Origin: Clostridia bacterium
Lineage (GTDB): Bacteria > Bacillota > Clostridia > UBA1381 > UMGS1253
Length of the DNA stretch: 64,000 nucleotides
Reading direction: 5' to 3'
Assembly (NCBI GenBank): GCA_045546315.1
Contig: JAZQCN010000036.1
Coordinates: forward strand, 33,574 to 97,573
The translations under genes were made by a program, and so were the position numbers. Below, piece after piece: positions 16,914 to 25,957 of the stretch (positions within the stretch are counted from its first letter, which is position 1; every line of letters begins with the position of its first letter). The notes below the pieces were generated by a model that saw only the letters and a list, made by a program, of their open reading frames with translations, did no database searches and was not told the DNA's origin.

Positions 16914-18392
16914 CTATTTTATCAATTCATACAGTACAACTGCATTGGCACCGAGCGTTTCCGTAATTTCCGTTACGCTGCATTTGCCCAAATCTGCGCA
17001 ATACAGCTTGTCTGCTTCGCGGATTTGGTCAATCTGCGCCTCAGTCGGCTGTTCATTTTCCACGATTCGCTCGTAAAGGTCAATTGCATTGGAATGGGTC
17101 TTATCTATAATATATTTTTTCACCTGATATGCCTCTTCAAAGCCTTCAAGCTTAAGCGTCACCGTTTTTTCGGACGCCTGAGCAGAAAAGGTCTCGTCTG
17201 CGTTGCAAAGCAAAATCTGTACATTTTCCTTTGCATCCTTCGTTGCAAAAACAGTCACACCGTCCTCTTCTTTAAGCAAAAGCACCTCTTCGCCGAGCTT
17301 TGCCGACAGCATATACGCATTGTAAATCGGCTTTTGGAAAAAGTTTAAGGTAAAGAAGTTGCGAAAGCCCGTAAAATCCGCTTCCATCTCGTGCTGACCG
17401 GACAGACAAATCATCATCTTTTCAATCGGGTAGCCCTCGCGGAGAATCGCCGTATACCACTTTACGAAAAACGCCGAATATACCTCATTTTCCCTGAAAA
17501 TCAGCTTCGGGCACTCCTCACGGTTGTGAAAACCGGCGTTGCTTGCACCCCACTCGTCAATATACACCGGCAAATGGCCAAAGCCCTGCGCGCGGATATG
17601 CGCCATCGTATCGCGCAGAAGGCGCATACAGTTTTCCACGGTAATCTCACCGCCGGCATTTAACGCATCCGGTCCCGTTCCGTAAACATGAAAACAAATG
17701 TAGTCCATTTTCTTTTTTGTTTCGCGGACATGCGTTAAAAAAACATCGAGAAAATCACAGAAAAACGCCAACGCAGGACCACCAATAAACAAATCGTCGC
17801 TCACACGGCGAATCCCTGCTTCAAATGCATCATAGAGCTTGCAGTATTCCTTCGCCTTGATTGCACGATTCTCCTCACTGCGCATAAAAAACGAACGAGA
17901 ATCCGGCTCATTAAAGCACTGCAGCTTCCATTGTTTTACGCGTTCAAATCCATAACGCTCAACAATATGCTTTGTATAATTATAGCAAATCTCTTCCCAC
18001 AGCTTATAATCCTTCGGCGGCGCGGTCACGATAAATTTCCCTTTGTAGCGTGTCGCTTTTTTGCAGACCTTGCTGACCTCGTCCGGGTCGGAGGAAATAC
18101 ACGGCGGAATAAAATTATAGGACAAAAGCAGGTCAAACCCCTTTTGAACCATATAATCCATACGCACATCGTTTTCTGTAAAGTCATATTGCAAATTTCC
18201 GTCTGCATCCACACTGACGATGTCCTCCATCATCGTATACATACGCACCGTTTTTGCAACCTTGTCCTCGGCAACGCGATTTAAAATGCGCTGCCCCCAT
18301 GCATCCTCAATCGCATCTGTCGGATGAAAATGGATAGCGTTCCAGAAGTTTTTCACTTGCTTTTCTACTTTGTTATGTACGGTAATTTGCAT
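16914..18392 (-). CDS. Glycoside hydrolase family 39-like (beta-xylosidase / alpha-L-iduronidase type, clan GH-A)
   Basis: Start moved to ATG 18392 (MQITVHNK..), which has a GGAGGGAG RBS. Motifs include ..VRMYTMM.., LQYDFTENDVRMDYMVQKGFDLLLSYNFIP, WKLQCFNEPD (acid/base NEP) and YICFHVYG. Confidence 0.65.
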   Translation of the reverse strand: MQITVHNKVEKQVKNFWNAIHFHPTDAIEDAWGQRILNRVAEDKVAKTVRMYTMMEDIVSVDADGNLQYDFTENDVRMDYMVQKGFDLLLSYNFIPPCISSDPDEVSKVCKKATRYKGKFIVTAPPKDYKLWEEICYNYTKHIVERYGFERVKQWKLQCFNEPDSRSFFMRSEENRAIKAKEYCKLYDAFEAGIRRVSDDLFIGGPALAFFCDFLDVFLTHVRETKKKMDYICFHVYGTGPDALNAGGEITVENCMRLLRDTMAHIRAQGFGHLPVYIDEWGASNAGFHNREECPKLIFRENEVYSAFFVKWYTAILREGYPIEKMMICLSGQHEMEADFTGFRNFFTLNFFQKPIYNAYMLSAKLGEEVLLLKEEDGVTVFATKDAKENVQILLCNADETFSAQASEKTVTLKLEGFEEAYQVKKYIIDKTHSNAIDLYERIVENEQPTEAQIDQIREADKLYCADLGKCSVTEITETLGANAVVLYELIK

Positions 18393-18498
18393 ATATCTCC
18401 CTCCGTTTCTGCCATCATTGTACCACATATAAGCAGCACAAACAATGCACGATTCGATGATTCTGTTTCCTTTTTCAATCCCCTTTCCCCCCATTGCA

Positions 18499-18527
18499 TT
18501 GACACTTTTCAACACATATGTTAAAAT
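18499..18527 (+). promoter_or_regulatory. Sigma-A-type promoter for the AraC gene at 18563
   Basis: TTGACA (18499-18504), 17 nt spacer, TAAAAT (18522-18527). Confidence 0.55.
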
Positions 18528-18562
18528 TTATATAATACTTTTCGACGATTGGAGGCGAGAAA

Positions 18563-19273
18563 ATGCTCGCTTTTGAAAGCAGCGCTGCCATCAGCGAGGT
18601 TGCCTTTGTAACCGCCTCGCGCCCGACGGGCTATTTTTACACAGAAAACGCACCGCGTGTGCTCGACCGCTTAATCTACATCGCCAACGGTAAAATCACC
18701 TTTTATTGCGGCGGCGAAGAGCACACCGCCACGACCGGGCAGTGCGTCTATCTGCCACAGGGACTGACCATCGACTCGCGCTACTACGGCGAAAGCAACT
18801 GGACCTATACCTTTATTTTCAAGCGCACCGAGGGCACGCTTTGGGACAGCATCCGCGTATTTGACGAAGACCCTTCCGTCATCATCGCGATGCACCAATG
18901 CGCCAAGCACGAAAACGATATCACAAATCCGAATTATTATCTTGCCAATCTGTATCGCATTGTGTATCTGCTGCAAATCAGCGTAGCACAAAAAAGCCTG
19001 AAGATTTTACCGGCAATCGAGGCACTGCAGCGCGAATATCAGAAAAACGAAAAAATCACCAAATACGCAAAGCTGGTATATATGAGTGAAAGTCAATTCC
19101 GAAAGCTTTTCCATCAGCACACGGGCATGTCGCCCGTAGAATACAGAAACCACCTGCGCCTCAAGCAGGTCGAAAGCCTGCTCTTTTCCGGCTACACCTT
19201 AGAGGAGGCCGCACAGGAGGCAGGCTTCGGCAGCACATCCTACTACTGCCGTATTGCTAAAAAACTGAAGTAA
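18563..19273 (+). CDS. AraC-family transcriptional regulator
   Basis: C-terminal HTH ..SESQFRKLFHQHTGMSPVEYRNHLRLKQVESLLFSGYTLEEAAQEAGFGSTSYY. It is divergent from the GH39-like gene. Confidence 0.8.
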   Translation: MLAFESSAAISEVAFVTASRPTGYFYTENAPRVLDRLIYIANGKITFYCGGEEHTATTGQCVYLPQGLTIDSRYYGESNWTYTFIFKRTEGTLWDSIRVFDEDPSVIIAMHQCAKHENDITNPNYYLANLYRIVYLLQISVAQKSLKILPAIEALQREYQKNEKITKYAKLVYMSESQFRKLFHQHTGMSPVEYRNHLRLKQVESLLFSGYTLEEAAQEAGFGSTSYYCRIAKKLK

Positions 19274-19302
19274 AAACGCGTATGCATTGCATACGCGTTT
19301 TT
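19273..19302. terminator. Bidirectional terminator
   Basis: AAAAACGCGTATGCA-TTGCATACGCGTTTTT, a perfect palindromic hairpin between convergent genes. Confidence 0.75.
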
Positions 19303-20194
19303 ACTTCTCTATTTCACTTATATACGGAATGGATTCCGCCGCGCCGCGTCGGCTGACCGTTACAGCGCTGACACGAGTTGCAAATTCGACAGCTTCCGCA
19401 AGCGTAGCACCTGCACAAAGCCTTAAAACCAATGCACCGATAAAGCTGTCGCCTGCAGCCGTTGTGTCGATTGCATCGGCAGGCATTGCCGGCTGAAAAC
19501 GAACCGTATCGCTGCCGTAAGCACAGCCGAGTGCACCGCGTGTAATGATAACCTGCTTTGCACCCTTTTCAGAAAGCAGGCGCACAGCCTTTGTGCAATC
19601 TACTTCCGTTTCCACCGCAAAGCCAACCAAATCTGCCGCCTCATGCTCGTTTGGCACAAGATAGTCTATGTATGAATAAATTTCCGCAGGCAATGCCTGA
19701 TACGGTGCGGGATTTAAAAGCACCCTTGCACCGTTTGCCTTGGCAAGCTTTGCCGCAAGCAGCACGGACTCCACCGGAATTTCCAACTGCAGAATAACAA
19801 AATCAGCCCAGGAAAACAATTCTTTTTTCTCCTCTAAAAGTGCCGGTGTTACCGCAGCATTCGCTCCCTTTTCAAGCAAAATAAAATTATTACCGCCGCA
19901 AACCGTAATCATCGCAATACCGGTAGGCAGACCCTCTTCAAACACGCCTGCATAGGCAATGCCGTTCGACTCTAAGCTTTTTACCAGCTGCGCGCCGTAG
20001 GCATCGCTTCCGACAGCTCCCAAAAATTGCACCTTGCCGCCGAGGCGCGCTGCCGCAACCGCTTGATTTGCGCCCTTGCCGCCCGGTGCGGTTTTAAAGC
20101 CGCTTCCGACAATGGTTTCGCCGATTTGCGGCATACGGTCGATTTCAATGCTCAAATCCATATTCATACTGCCGACAACCAAAATATTGTTCAT
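19301..20194 (-). CDS. rbsK: Ribokinase
   Basis: Start set at ATG 20194 (MNNILVVGSMNMDL..). PfkB motifs GGKGANQAVAAARLG and DTTAAGDSFIGAL. The RBS AAGGGGG lies inside the end of the upstream gene, with a 1-nt gap after its stop. Confidence 0.85.
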   Translation of the reverse strand: MNNILVVGSMNMDLSIEIDRMPQIGETIVGSGFKTAPGGKGANQAVAAARLGGKVQFLGAVGSDAYGAQLVKSLESNGIAYAGVFEEGLPTGIAMITVCGGNNFILLEKGANAAVTPALLEEKKELFSWADFVILQLEIPVESVLLAAKLAKANGARVLLNPAPYQALPAEIYSYIDYLVPNEHEAADLVGFAVETEVDCTKAVRLLSEKGAKQVIITRGALGCAYGSDTVRFQPAMPADAIDTTAAGDSFIGALVLRLCAGATLAEAVEFATRVSAVTVSRRGAAESIPYISEIEK

Positions 20195-20195
20195 T

Positions 20196-21122
20196 TTAAA
20201 ACGCCCCCTTCGCCAGCTTATCAAACAAATCCGCTGCCAATGCATTGCGGTTGATTTGATACACATAGCGCATCGGCTGTGCACTCGGTGCTTCATAGCC
20301 GTAATCATAGTCCGGCAATCTTAAGCCGCGCACCTCCGATGCCATAAAGCGGTCACCGTCGTTTAAAAGCCATGCTACCGCCGTCACATCCCAAATCACG
20401 CGCGAGAGCGGCTGCTTTTCCGCATCCGGCATCCCCAGTGCCTCGCCGACTGCCTTAACCAAATGGTCGCACAGTGCATTTTTTCCCAGCAATAGCTTTT
20501 CCATTTCAATATACGAAATTGAAAAAGCGTTCACGCAGCCCTGACACGGCAGCTGCACAAACGACGCACCGCTTTTCATCACCACGCGCGCCGCCGCAAT
20601 ATCCTGGCGCATATTAAATTCCTTTGTGTTCACATAGCCGTGCACATGACCGCCGAGCCATACCACAACAATGCTTTCCGCAATTTCCGGCTTTAAAAGC
20701 AGCGCGGATGCTACATTTGTAATTGCGCCGATGGCGACAACATAGAGCGGCTTTTCCGGTGTGTAGGCGCTTGCAAGCTCTGCTAAGTGCTTTGCCGCAT
20801 CGCTTGCAACCGGTGTTTGCTCACTCGGCAAATACGCCGTTGCACCACGGAAGGTTACGGTTTTCAAGTCTTCTCTTCCTGCAAGCGCAAGCAGCGTTAA
20901 AAGCTCTTGATAGCTTCTTTCCATACCGTCCGCCGGTGAGGACGAGTTTTCATTGAAAAACGGCGCGGCATACAGCGCCTTGACATTCAGCTTATCCTTT
21001 GACGCCAGCATATACGCCACTGCAAACTGGTCATCAATTTCATTAAAGGTGTCCGTATCCAAAACTACATCGATTCTACCCTGCGGTACCTCTAAGTTTT
21101 TGAAGTATTGTTCACGGTTCAA
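20196..21122 (-). CDS. Nucleoside hydrolase (inosine/uridine-preferring family)
   Basis: The N-terminal VVLDTDTFNEIDDQFAVAYML carries the DxDxxxDD metal/ribose-binding signature. The TTG start overlaps the upstream TGA (TTGA), with a GGAGGAAG RBS. Confidence 0.8.
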   Translation of the reverse strand: MNREQYFKNLEVPQGRIDVVLDTDTFNEIDDQFAVAYMLASKDKLNVKALYAAPFFNENSSSPADGMERSYQELLTLLALAGREDLKTVTFRGATAYLPSEQTPVASDAAKHLAELASAYTPEKPLYVVAIGAITNVASALLLKPEIAESIVVVWLGGHVHGYVNTKEFNMRQDIAAARVVMKSGASFVQLPCQGCVNAFSISYIEMEKLLLGKNALCDHLVKAVGEALGMPDAEKQPLSRVIWDVTAVAWLLNDGDRFMASEVRGLRLPDYDYGYEAPSAQPMRYVYQINRNALAADLFDKLAKGAF

Positions 21123-22225
21123 GTTTCTTCCTCCGTTCCTTTTTTCAGCAACAGCTTTAACTGCGCTGCGCCGATTTTCACGAAGCTGCGCAGCACCGTA
21201 TACATCATTTTGCGTGTTTCCGGCTCCATGTCCTTGAGCTTATCGCGCATCGGCGTTATGTCCTTTTTCAAGGCTTCAATCAGCTCGGGATAGGTTTTTG
21301 CCCCCGTTACAGACAAAATATCAAAAACTGCATCCACAAATTTTTTGCGTGTCTGTACATCCAGCTGCGCCATCCATGCCTGCAGGGTCTTATCGGTCAG
21401 CGTGGAAATAAAATTCACCTGCTTTAAGCGCACAAATTGATCCTTTTCAATTTCCCAGGTAAACGGATTATGCTGCACCGGTGCAAAATGCTTGCTTTCG
21501 ACTACGGTATAGCGACCATAGTTACCCAAAAGCATGCCGACAATTGCCCCCTGCGGCACGGTTTTATGCAAGCGGCCTTCGATGCGCCGAAAGCCATCGC
21601 TTTCGTACACCTGCGGCAAAAAGCCCGGCCCATCGTGGTTATAAATTGCGGCAATGCGCTTGTCCAAGCCGCGCGAGGCATGCATAGCGGCATACACCGC
21701 CAGATGTCCGCCCTTGGAATGTCCGCCCAGAATCAGGGTGCCGCGCAGGTATCGCGCCGTACGCCTGAGATAGAGCGCCGCCTGCTTCTGAGACGGTATA
21801 TTTTCAGAATAGGCTAAATTAAAATCCTCTTTCCACCCCACCAAGGAAGTGTCCGTTCCGCGAAAGGCAATATAATGCAAGCGCGGCGAAAGCCTGAAGG
21901 TCACCGCCGCAAACTGCAGCTCGCTCTCTGTATCCGTCACGGCGGTGTAGCATGCCGGCTGTACTTCGCCGAAGCGGCGGCAAGACTTGAGCGCATCAAA
22001 AAGCTGCTTGTTGTCCTTTGGTAGCGTTGTATCCAGCGCCATATTGTCCTCAGCGGCGCAGACAATTTCGCGCAAAGTCTTCTTAAACCTGTGCCTGCCG
22101 GACACATAGCCGTCAAATACAAAATACGAAATCTGCGCCAGCACAAGGCTGTCGACCTCGCAAAACGGCTTTTCCTCAAAACTGAGATGCCCGTATTCAC
22201 TTATATAGGTAAGCATATTTCCCAT
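21119..22225 (-). CDS. DUF2974 / Mbeg1-like alpha/beta-hydrolase (lipase-like), function unknown
   Basis: ..YISEYGHLSFEEKPFCEVDSLVLAQISYF.. and the nucleophile elbow GGHSKGGHLAVYAA. The start is set at ATG 22225, 8 nt after GAAGGGAAG. The track start is GTG 22231. Confidence 0.65.
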   Translation of the reverse strand: MGNMLTYISEYGHLSFEEKPFCEVDSLVLAQISYFVFDGYVSGRHRFKKTLREIVCAAEDNMALDTTLPKDNKQLFDALKSCRRFGEVQPACYTAVTDTESELQFAAVTFRLSPRLHYIAFRGTDTSLVGWKEDFNLAYSENIPSQKQAALYLRRTARYLRGTLILGGHSKGGHLAVYAAMHASRGLDKRIAAIYNHDGPGFLPQVYESDGFRRIEGRLHKTVPQGAIVGMLLGNYGRYTVVESKHFAPVQHNPFTWEIEKDQFVRLKQVNFISTLTDKTLQAWMAQLDVQTRKKFVDAVFDILSVTGAKTYPELIEALKKDITPMRDKLKDMEPETRKMMYTVLRSFVKIGAAQLKLLLKKGTEEET

Positions 22226-22349
22226 ACACACGACTTCCCTTCATCGCGATTTTATCATATTTTTCTCACTTTGCAAAGTCCTATGCGTATAATTTCGCAA
22301 ATATGTCACAAACTTTAAAGCACACACATCCGCGGGAGTTGAGAAAATT

Positions 22350-23417
22350 ATGTCCGATAAAAAATACGGTGCTTTACTGTTTTTTGCCTGCACGAGCGGC
22401 ATCCTCGGTCTTGGGCTGTTCAGCCTGCCGACCGCCGCCGCACACTTCGGCTCGACCTTTTTCTGGGGCATATTGCTCGGCGGCATGCTGGTTGCACTTG
22501 CAGCAAATACGCTCTTTACCCTTGCCTTTCCCGATACCTTTGTGCAAGTCTGCTCTGCGCAGCTGCCGAAGGTCGCAAAGCCGCTTTGCGCGCTGTACCT
22601 TCTGTTTTGCACTTTGGTTGCCGCTCTGCTTTTTTCTTACTACGCGCACACCGTACAGGGCTGGTTCTTAGACGGTGTTCCCCTTGCGCCGATTGCGCTG
22701 TTTTTAATTGTAATTTGTCTTTCTACGGCTGCAAAGTCCGTCAAAACAATACTGCGCCTCATCAGCTTGACAACCGTTTTTGTACTTGTCGCAACCGTAA
22801 TCATGCGCTCTGTTCTGCTCGCCTCCGGCGATATGCGCAATCTGCTTCCGCTCTTCGAAGGCGCGCGCCTGCCGGCACTGCCCGGCGGCAGTCTGTTTTT
22901 GTCCGGCTTTTTTGTTTTGCTGTATGTCAGCAGCAGTATAAAGCTGCCGAAGCGCACAAAGCTGTTGGCAAGCAGCGGTGCTATTGTACTCAGCAGCTTC
23001 ATTTTCATTTTAGCCACTGCCGGCTGCATGAGCGTGCTCGGACCGCTGCAAACTGCCGAGCATTTAAACAGTACCGTCCTTGCTATGAAAACACTATCGC
23101 TTTCTGCCCTGGACTTTTTCCAGCGCGGCGATTTGATTTTCATCTTCACCTGGACGGTTTTGATGCTCTCCGCCGGCACGCTCGCCGCACATCTGCCGTA
23201 TGCCGCGCTGCGCGAGCTTTACCCGAATATAAAACCGCCTTGGCTTTTGGTCGTCTTTTTCGTCCTATATGCCGCAGCCGCCTTTATCATACCGAGCGAG
23301 GAAAGCGCACTTCTGCTTTTAACCTACACCGCACTGCTCGGCGGCAGCATTTTCTTTGTCGCTCTGCCGATACTGCTTCTCATAAAAAGGAGGCGCTCTG
23401 TTGAAAAAACTAATTAG
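22350..23417 (+). CDS. Spore germination protein, GerAB/GerKB-type integral membrane subunit
   Basis: 355 aa with about 10 predicted TM helices and an APC-transporter-like composition. It is first in an operon with the C and A subunits. Confidence 0.75.
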   Translation: MSDKKYGALLFFACTSGILGLGLFSLPTAAAHFGSTFFWGILLGGMLVALAANTLFTLAFPDTFVQVCSAQLPKVAKPLCALYLLFCTLVAALLFSYYAHTVQGWFLDGVPLAPIALFLIVICLSTAAKSVKTILRLISLTTVFVLVATVIMRSVLLASGDMRNLLPLFEGARLPALPGGSLFLSGFFVLLYVSSSIKLPKRTKLLASSGAIVLSSFIFILATAGCMSVLGPLQTAEHLNSTVLAMKTLSLSALDFFQRGDLIFIFTWTVLMLSAGTLAAHLPYAALRELYPNIKPPWLLVVFFVLYAAAAFIIPSEESALLLLTYTALLGGSIFFVALPILLLIKRRRSVEKTN

Positions 23418-24429
23418 TCTTTTGCCCTTATTTGCGCTTTTGTGCGGCTGCTATCCATATACCGAAATCGAAAACACGGATATTTTAACCTCGCTGTATG
23501 CTGATATTGAAGACAAAAATCTTCTGCTCGGCGGCGGCGTTGCAAATGTGCGCAGCTTTGCAGACAGTATGGCGGATGAGCCTGTCAGCCTCATCCGCGC
23601 TACAGGCGGCAATTTAGATGCCGCAGTTTTGCACTTAAAGCAAAGCGCGGATCACGAGCTGTTTTTCGGCGCGCTGCGCGCCGTTATCTTCGGCGAAGAC
23701 CTTGCAAAAACCGACATCCGCACGCTGATACGCTATTTAGATGCGCAGCCGCGCCTGCGCCGCTCCACTGCCGTTTTTACAACAGACAGCAGCTTAAAGG
23801 ATGTTGTATCGCACAAAGCCCTCAACGATTTTTCCGGCGGCTTTGCTGCGGAAAGCATAATATCTACACTCTACGAGCTCGGCGAAATGCGCTACACAAG
23901 TATCGGCGATATTTTATACGCCCTCACCTACGGTGACGCCGGCTACTGCATTCCGCACATCACCGTAAAAGACGGCATACTCAAAACCGACGGCTACAGC
24001 TTATTTATCGGCGGAAAAAGCGTCGGCTTCACCTCCGGCGCCGCCGTCGCATTTTTCACCGTGCCGCATGCGACGCAGCAGCACATTGTAAACGGCACAC
24101 CGCTCGTAACAAAGCTTATGCGCAAAGCCGTTTACCCGAAAATTGAAAACGGCAAGCTGCACATCAGCACCAAGCTGACCTTTTCTTTAAAGCAGGGCAA
24201 GGGCACACAAACACTGCAGCCTGCGCGGCGCAAGGAAATTGCAGAACAGCTCACCCAAAAGCTGAAAAAGGAAGTCACCGATGCGCTTAAGCAAAGCCGC
24301 GATACCGGCTGCGATTTTTTAGAGCTTTACAAATACCGCTTGGCGCAAAGCCGCACGGACTTTGATATGCAAAACTGGAACACAATGCTCAAAGCCATGA
24401 CCTTCGATGTAGAGGTTGTGCTGAAATGA
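23401..24429 (+). CDS. Spore germination lipoprotein, Ger(x)C subunit
   Basis: Lipoprotein signal MKKLISLLPLFALLCGC. The body is typical of GerAC (..ILKTDGYSLFIGGKSVGF..). It overlaps the B subunit by 17 nt. Confidence 0.75.
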   Translation: MKKLISLLPLFALLCGCYPYTEIENTDILTSLYADIEDKNLLLGGGVANVRSFADSMADEPVSLIRATGGNLDAAVLHLKQSADHELFFGALRAVIFGEDLAKTDIRTLIRYLDAQPRLRRSTAVFTTDSSLKDVVSHKALNDFSGGFAAESIISTLYELGEMRYTSIGDILYALTYGDAGYCIPHITVKDGILKTDGYSLFIGGKSVGFTSGAAVAFFTVPHATQQHIVNGTPLVTKLMRKAVYPKIENGKLHISTKLTFSLKQGKGTQTLQPARRKEIAEQLTQKLKKEVTDALKQSRDTGCDFLELYKYRLAQSRTDFDMQNWNTMLKAMTFDVEVVLK

Positions 24430-24442
24430 AAGGCGAGAAATA

Positions 24443-25873
24443 ATGCAAATCAACCCAAGCAAGCTATGTGAAAAATTTAAAAACGAGAACAACGCCGTCA
24501 CCCGCGTACTCGACGCAGGCTACGGCAGAATCTATCTGGTCTATATCAAACAGCTGTGCGATGTAGAGGCACTGCGCCAGGATGTGATGCGTCCGATTTT
24601 GCAATACTGGCACTACATCCGCAAGCCGCTTACCGTCGATGATTTATACACGCAGGTGCTCTGCGTGGAGGAGTGTATGCTGCTCACCGGCGCCGACGAA
24701 ATTGAAACACAGCTGTTTAACGGCATGACGGTTTTGCTCACCGAGCAAGGCGACGGCATTTTAATTAACCTGCGCAAAAACGCCTCTGCCTCCCCCTCCG
24801 CGCCCGAATTAAACTACTCCGTATTCGGCGCAAAGGATTCCTTTGTTGAAAACATTGAAATCAATTTATCGCTGCTGCGCTACCGTATGAAGGACCCGCG
24901 CCTGCGCACGGAGGTGATTTCCGTCGGCAGGCGTACAAAGACTGCCGTCCTCGTAACCTACATCGCCGATATTGCAAACGAGGACTATGTCAAGCTGGTG
25001 AAAAAGCGCTTAAACGCCATCGACATCGACGGTATTTTAGAGGCGGCACATCTGCAATGGTTTTTAAAGGACAAAAAGTTCGGGCTTTTTCCGCAGGCAG
25101 GCTTGGAGCAGCGCGTCGATGTTGCCTGCGGCGCGCTTTTGGAGGGTAAGGTCGTAGTGCTCTGCGAGGGCAGCCCCTTGGCCATCCTCACGCCGAAGCT
25201 GCTCGTCGAATTTTTTCATTCCGATGAAGACGAAGGCGAAAATGTTTACTTTGCAATTTTTTCAAAGCTTTTGCGCTTCATCTGCGTGCTCATTTCCATT
25301 ACGGTGACACCGCTCTACATTGCCTTGGTTGCCTTCCACGCCGAAGCCCTGCCGACTGCGTATACCATGATTCTCGCCTCCGGCAGGGCGGGTGTACCGA
25401 CAACGGTGGTCACGGAAATTATCTTAATGGAAATATTGGTAGAAATCCTGCGCGAGTGCCTGATGCGTATTCCGAAAAACATCGGCTCTGCCATCGGCAT
25501 CGTCGGCGGTATTGTGGTCGGGCAGGCAACGGTAGAGGCAGGCATCGTCAGCCCGGTGGTGCTGGTGATTGTGGCGCTGTCCCTGATGACCTCGTTTGTT
25601 GTAACGGACTACAGCCTGACAGCGACGGTGCGCATTATAAAGTTTATGCTGATTTTCTTTACGGCATTTTTCGGGCTGCTCGGCTTGGTCGCAGGGCTGT
25701 TTTTACTTTTAAGCACCATCATCTCCGACACCACACTGCAAACGCCGTATCTTGCGCCGTTTGCGCCGTTTTCTATGCGCGATGCGCTCAAAAGCATTTT
25801 CACCAACAAGTATGTGTCCGTGCGCCGACCGTCGTTTCTGAAGCCGAAAAACAAAATACGCCAAAAGAAATAA
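24443..25873 (+). CDS. Spore germination protein, GerAA/GerKA-type subunit
   Basis: 476 aa with a soluble N-domain and a C-terminal TM bundle (..VEFFHSDEDEGENVYFAIFSKLLRFI..RIPKNIGSAIGIVGGIVVGQA..). Confidence 0.8.
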   Translation: MQINPSKLCEKFKNENNAVTRVLDAGYGRIYLVYIKQLCDVEALRQDVMRPILQYWHYIRKPLTVDDLYTQVLCVEECMLLTGADEIETQLFNGMTVLLTEQGDGILINLRKNASASPSAPELNYSVFGAKDSFVENIEINLSLLRYRMKDPRLRTEVISVGRRTKTAVLVTYIADIANEDYVKLVKKRLNAIDIDGILEAAHLQWFLKDKKFGLFPQAGLEQRVDVACGALLEGKVVVLCEGSPLAILTPKLLVEFFHSDEDEGENVYFAIFSKLLRFICVLISITVTPLYIALVAFHAEALPTAYTMILASGRAGVPTTVVTEIILMEILVEILRECLMRIPKNIGSAIGIVGGIVVGQATVEAGIVSPVVLVIVALSLMTSFVVTDYSLTATVRIIKFMLIFFTAFFGLLGLVAGLFLLLSTIISDTTLQTPYLAPFAPFSMRDALKSIFTNKYVSVRRPSFLKPKNKIRQKK

Positions 25874-25888
25874 GTTTGAATCGTACAA

Positions 25889-25930
25889 AAAGAGGATTGA
25901 AAAATACATTGTTTTTCAGTCCTCTTTTCT
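25889..25930 (+). terminator. Terminator of the ger operon
   Basis: AGAGGATTGAAAAA-TACATT-GTTTTTCAGTCCTCT followed by TTTC. Confidence 0.6.
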
Positions 25931-25957
25931 TTATAATAAAGCTTGAGGTGATATGCT

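Noticed and set aside
22232-22349. A sigma-G or sigma-F forespore promoter for the ger operon (GTATA...CACAAACTT region).
   Set aside because: The match to the GNATA-17/18-CATNNTA consensus is too weak to call by eye. It is left unannotated.
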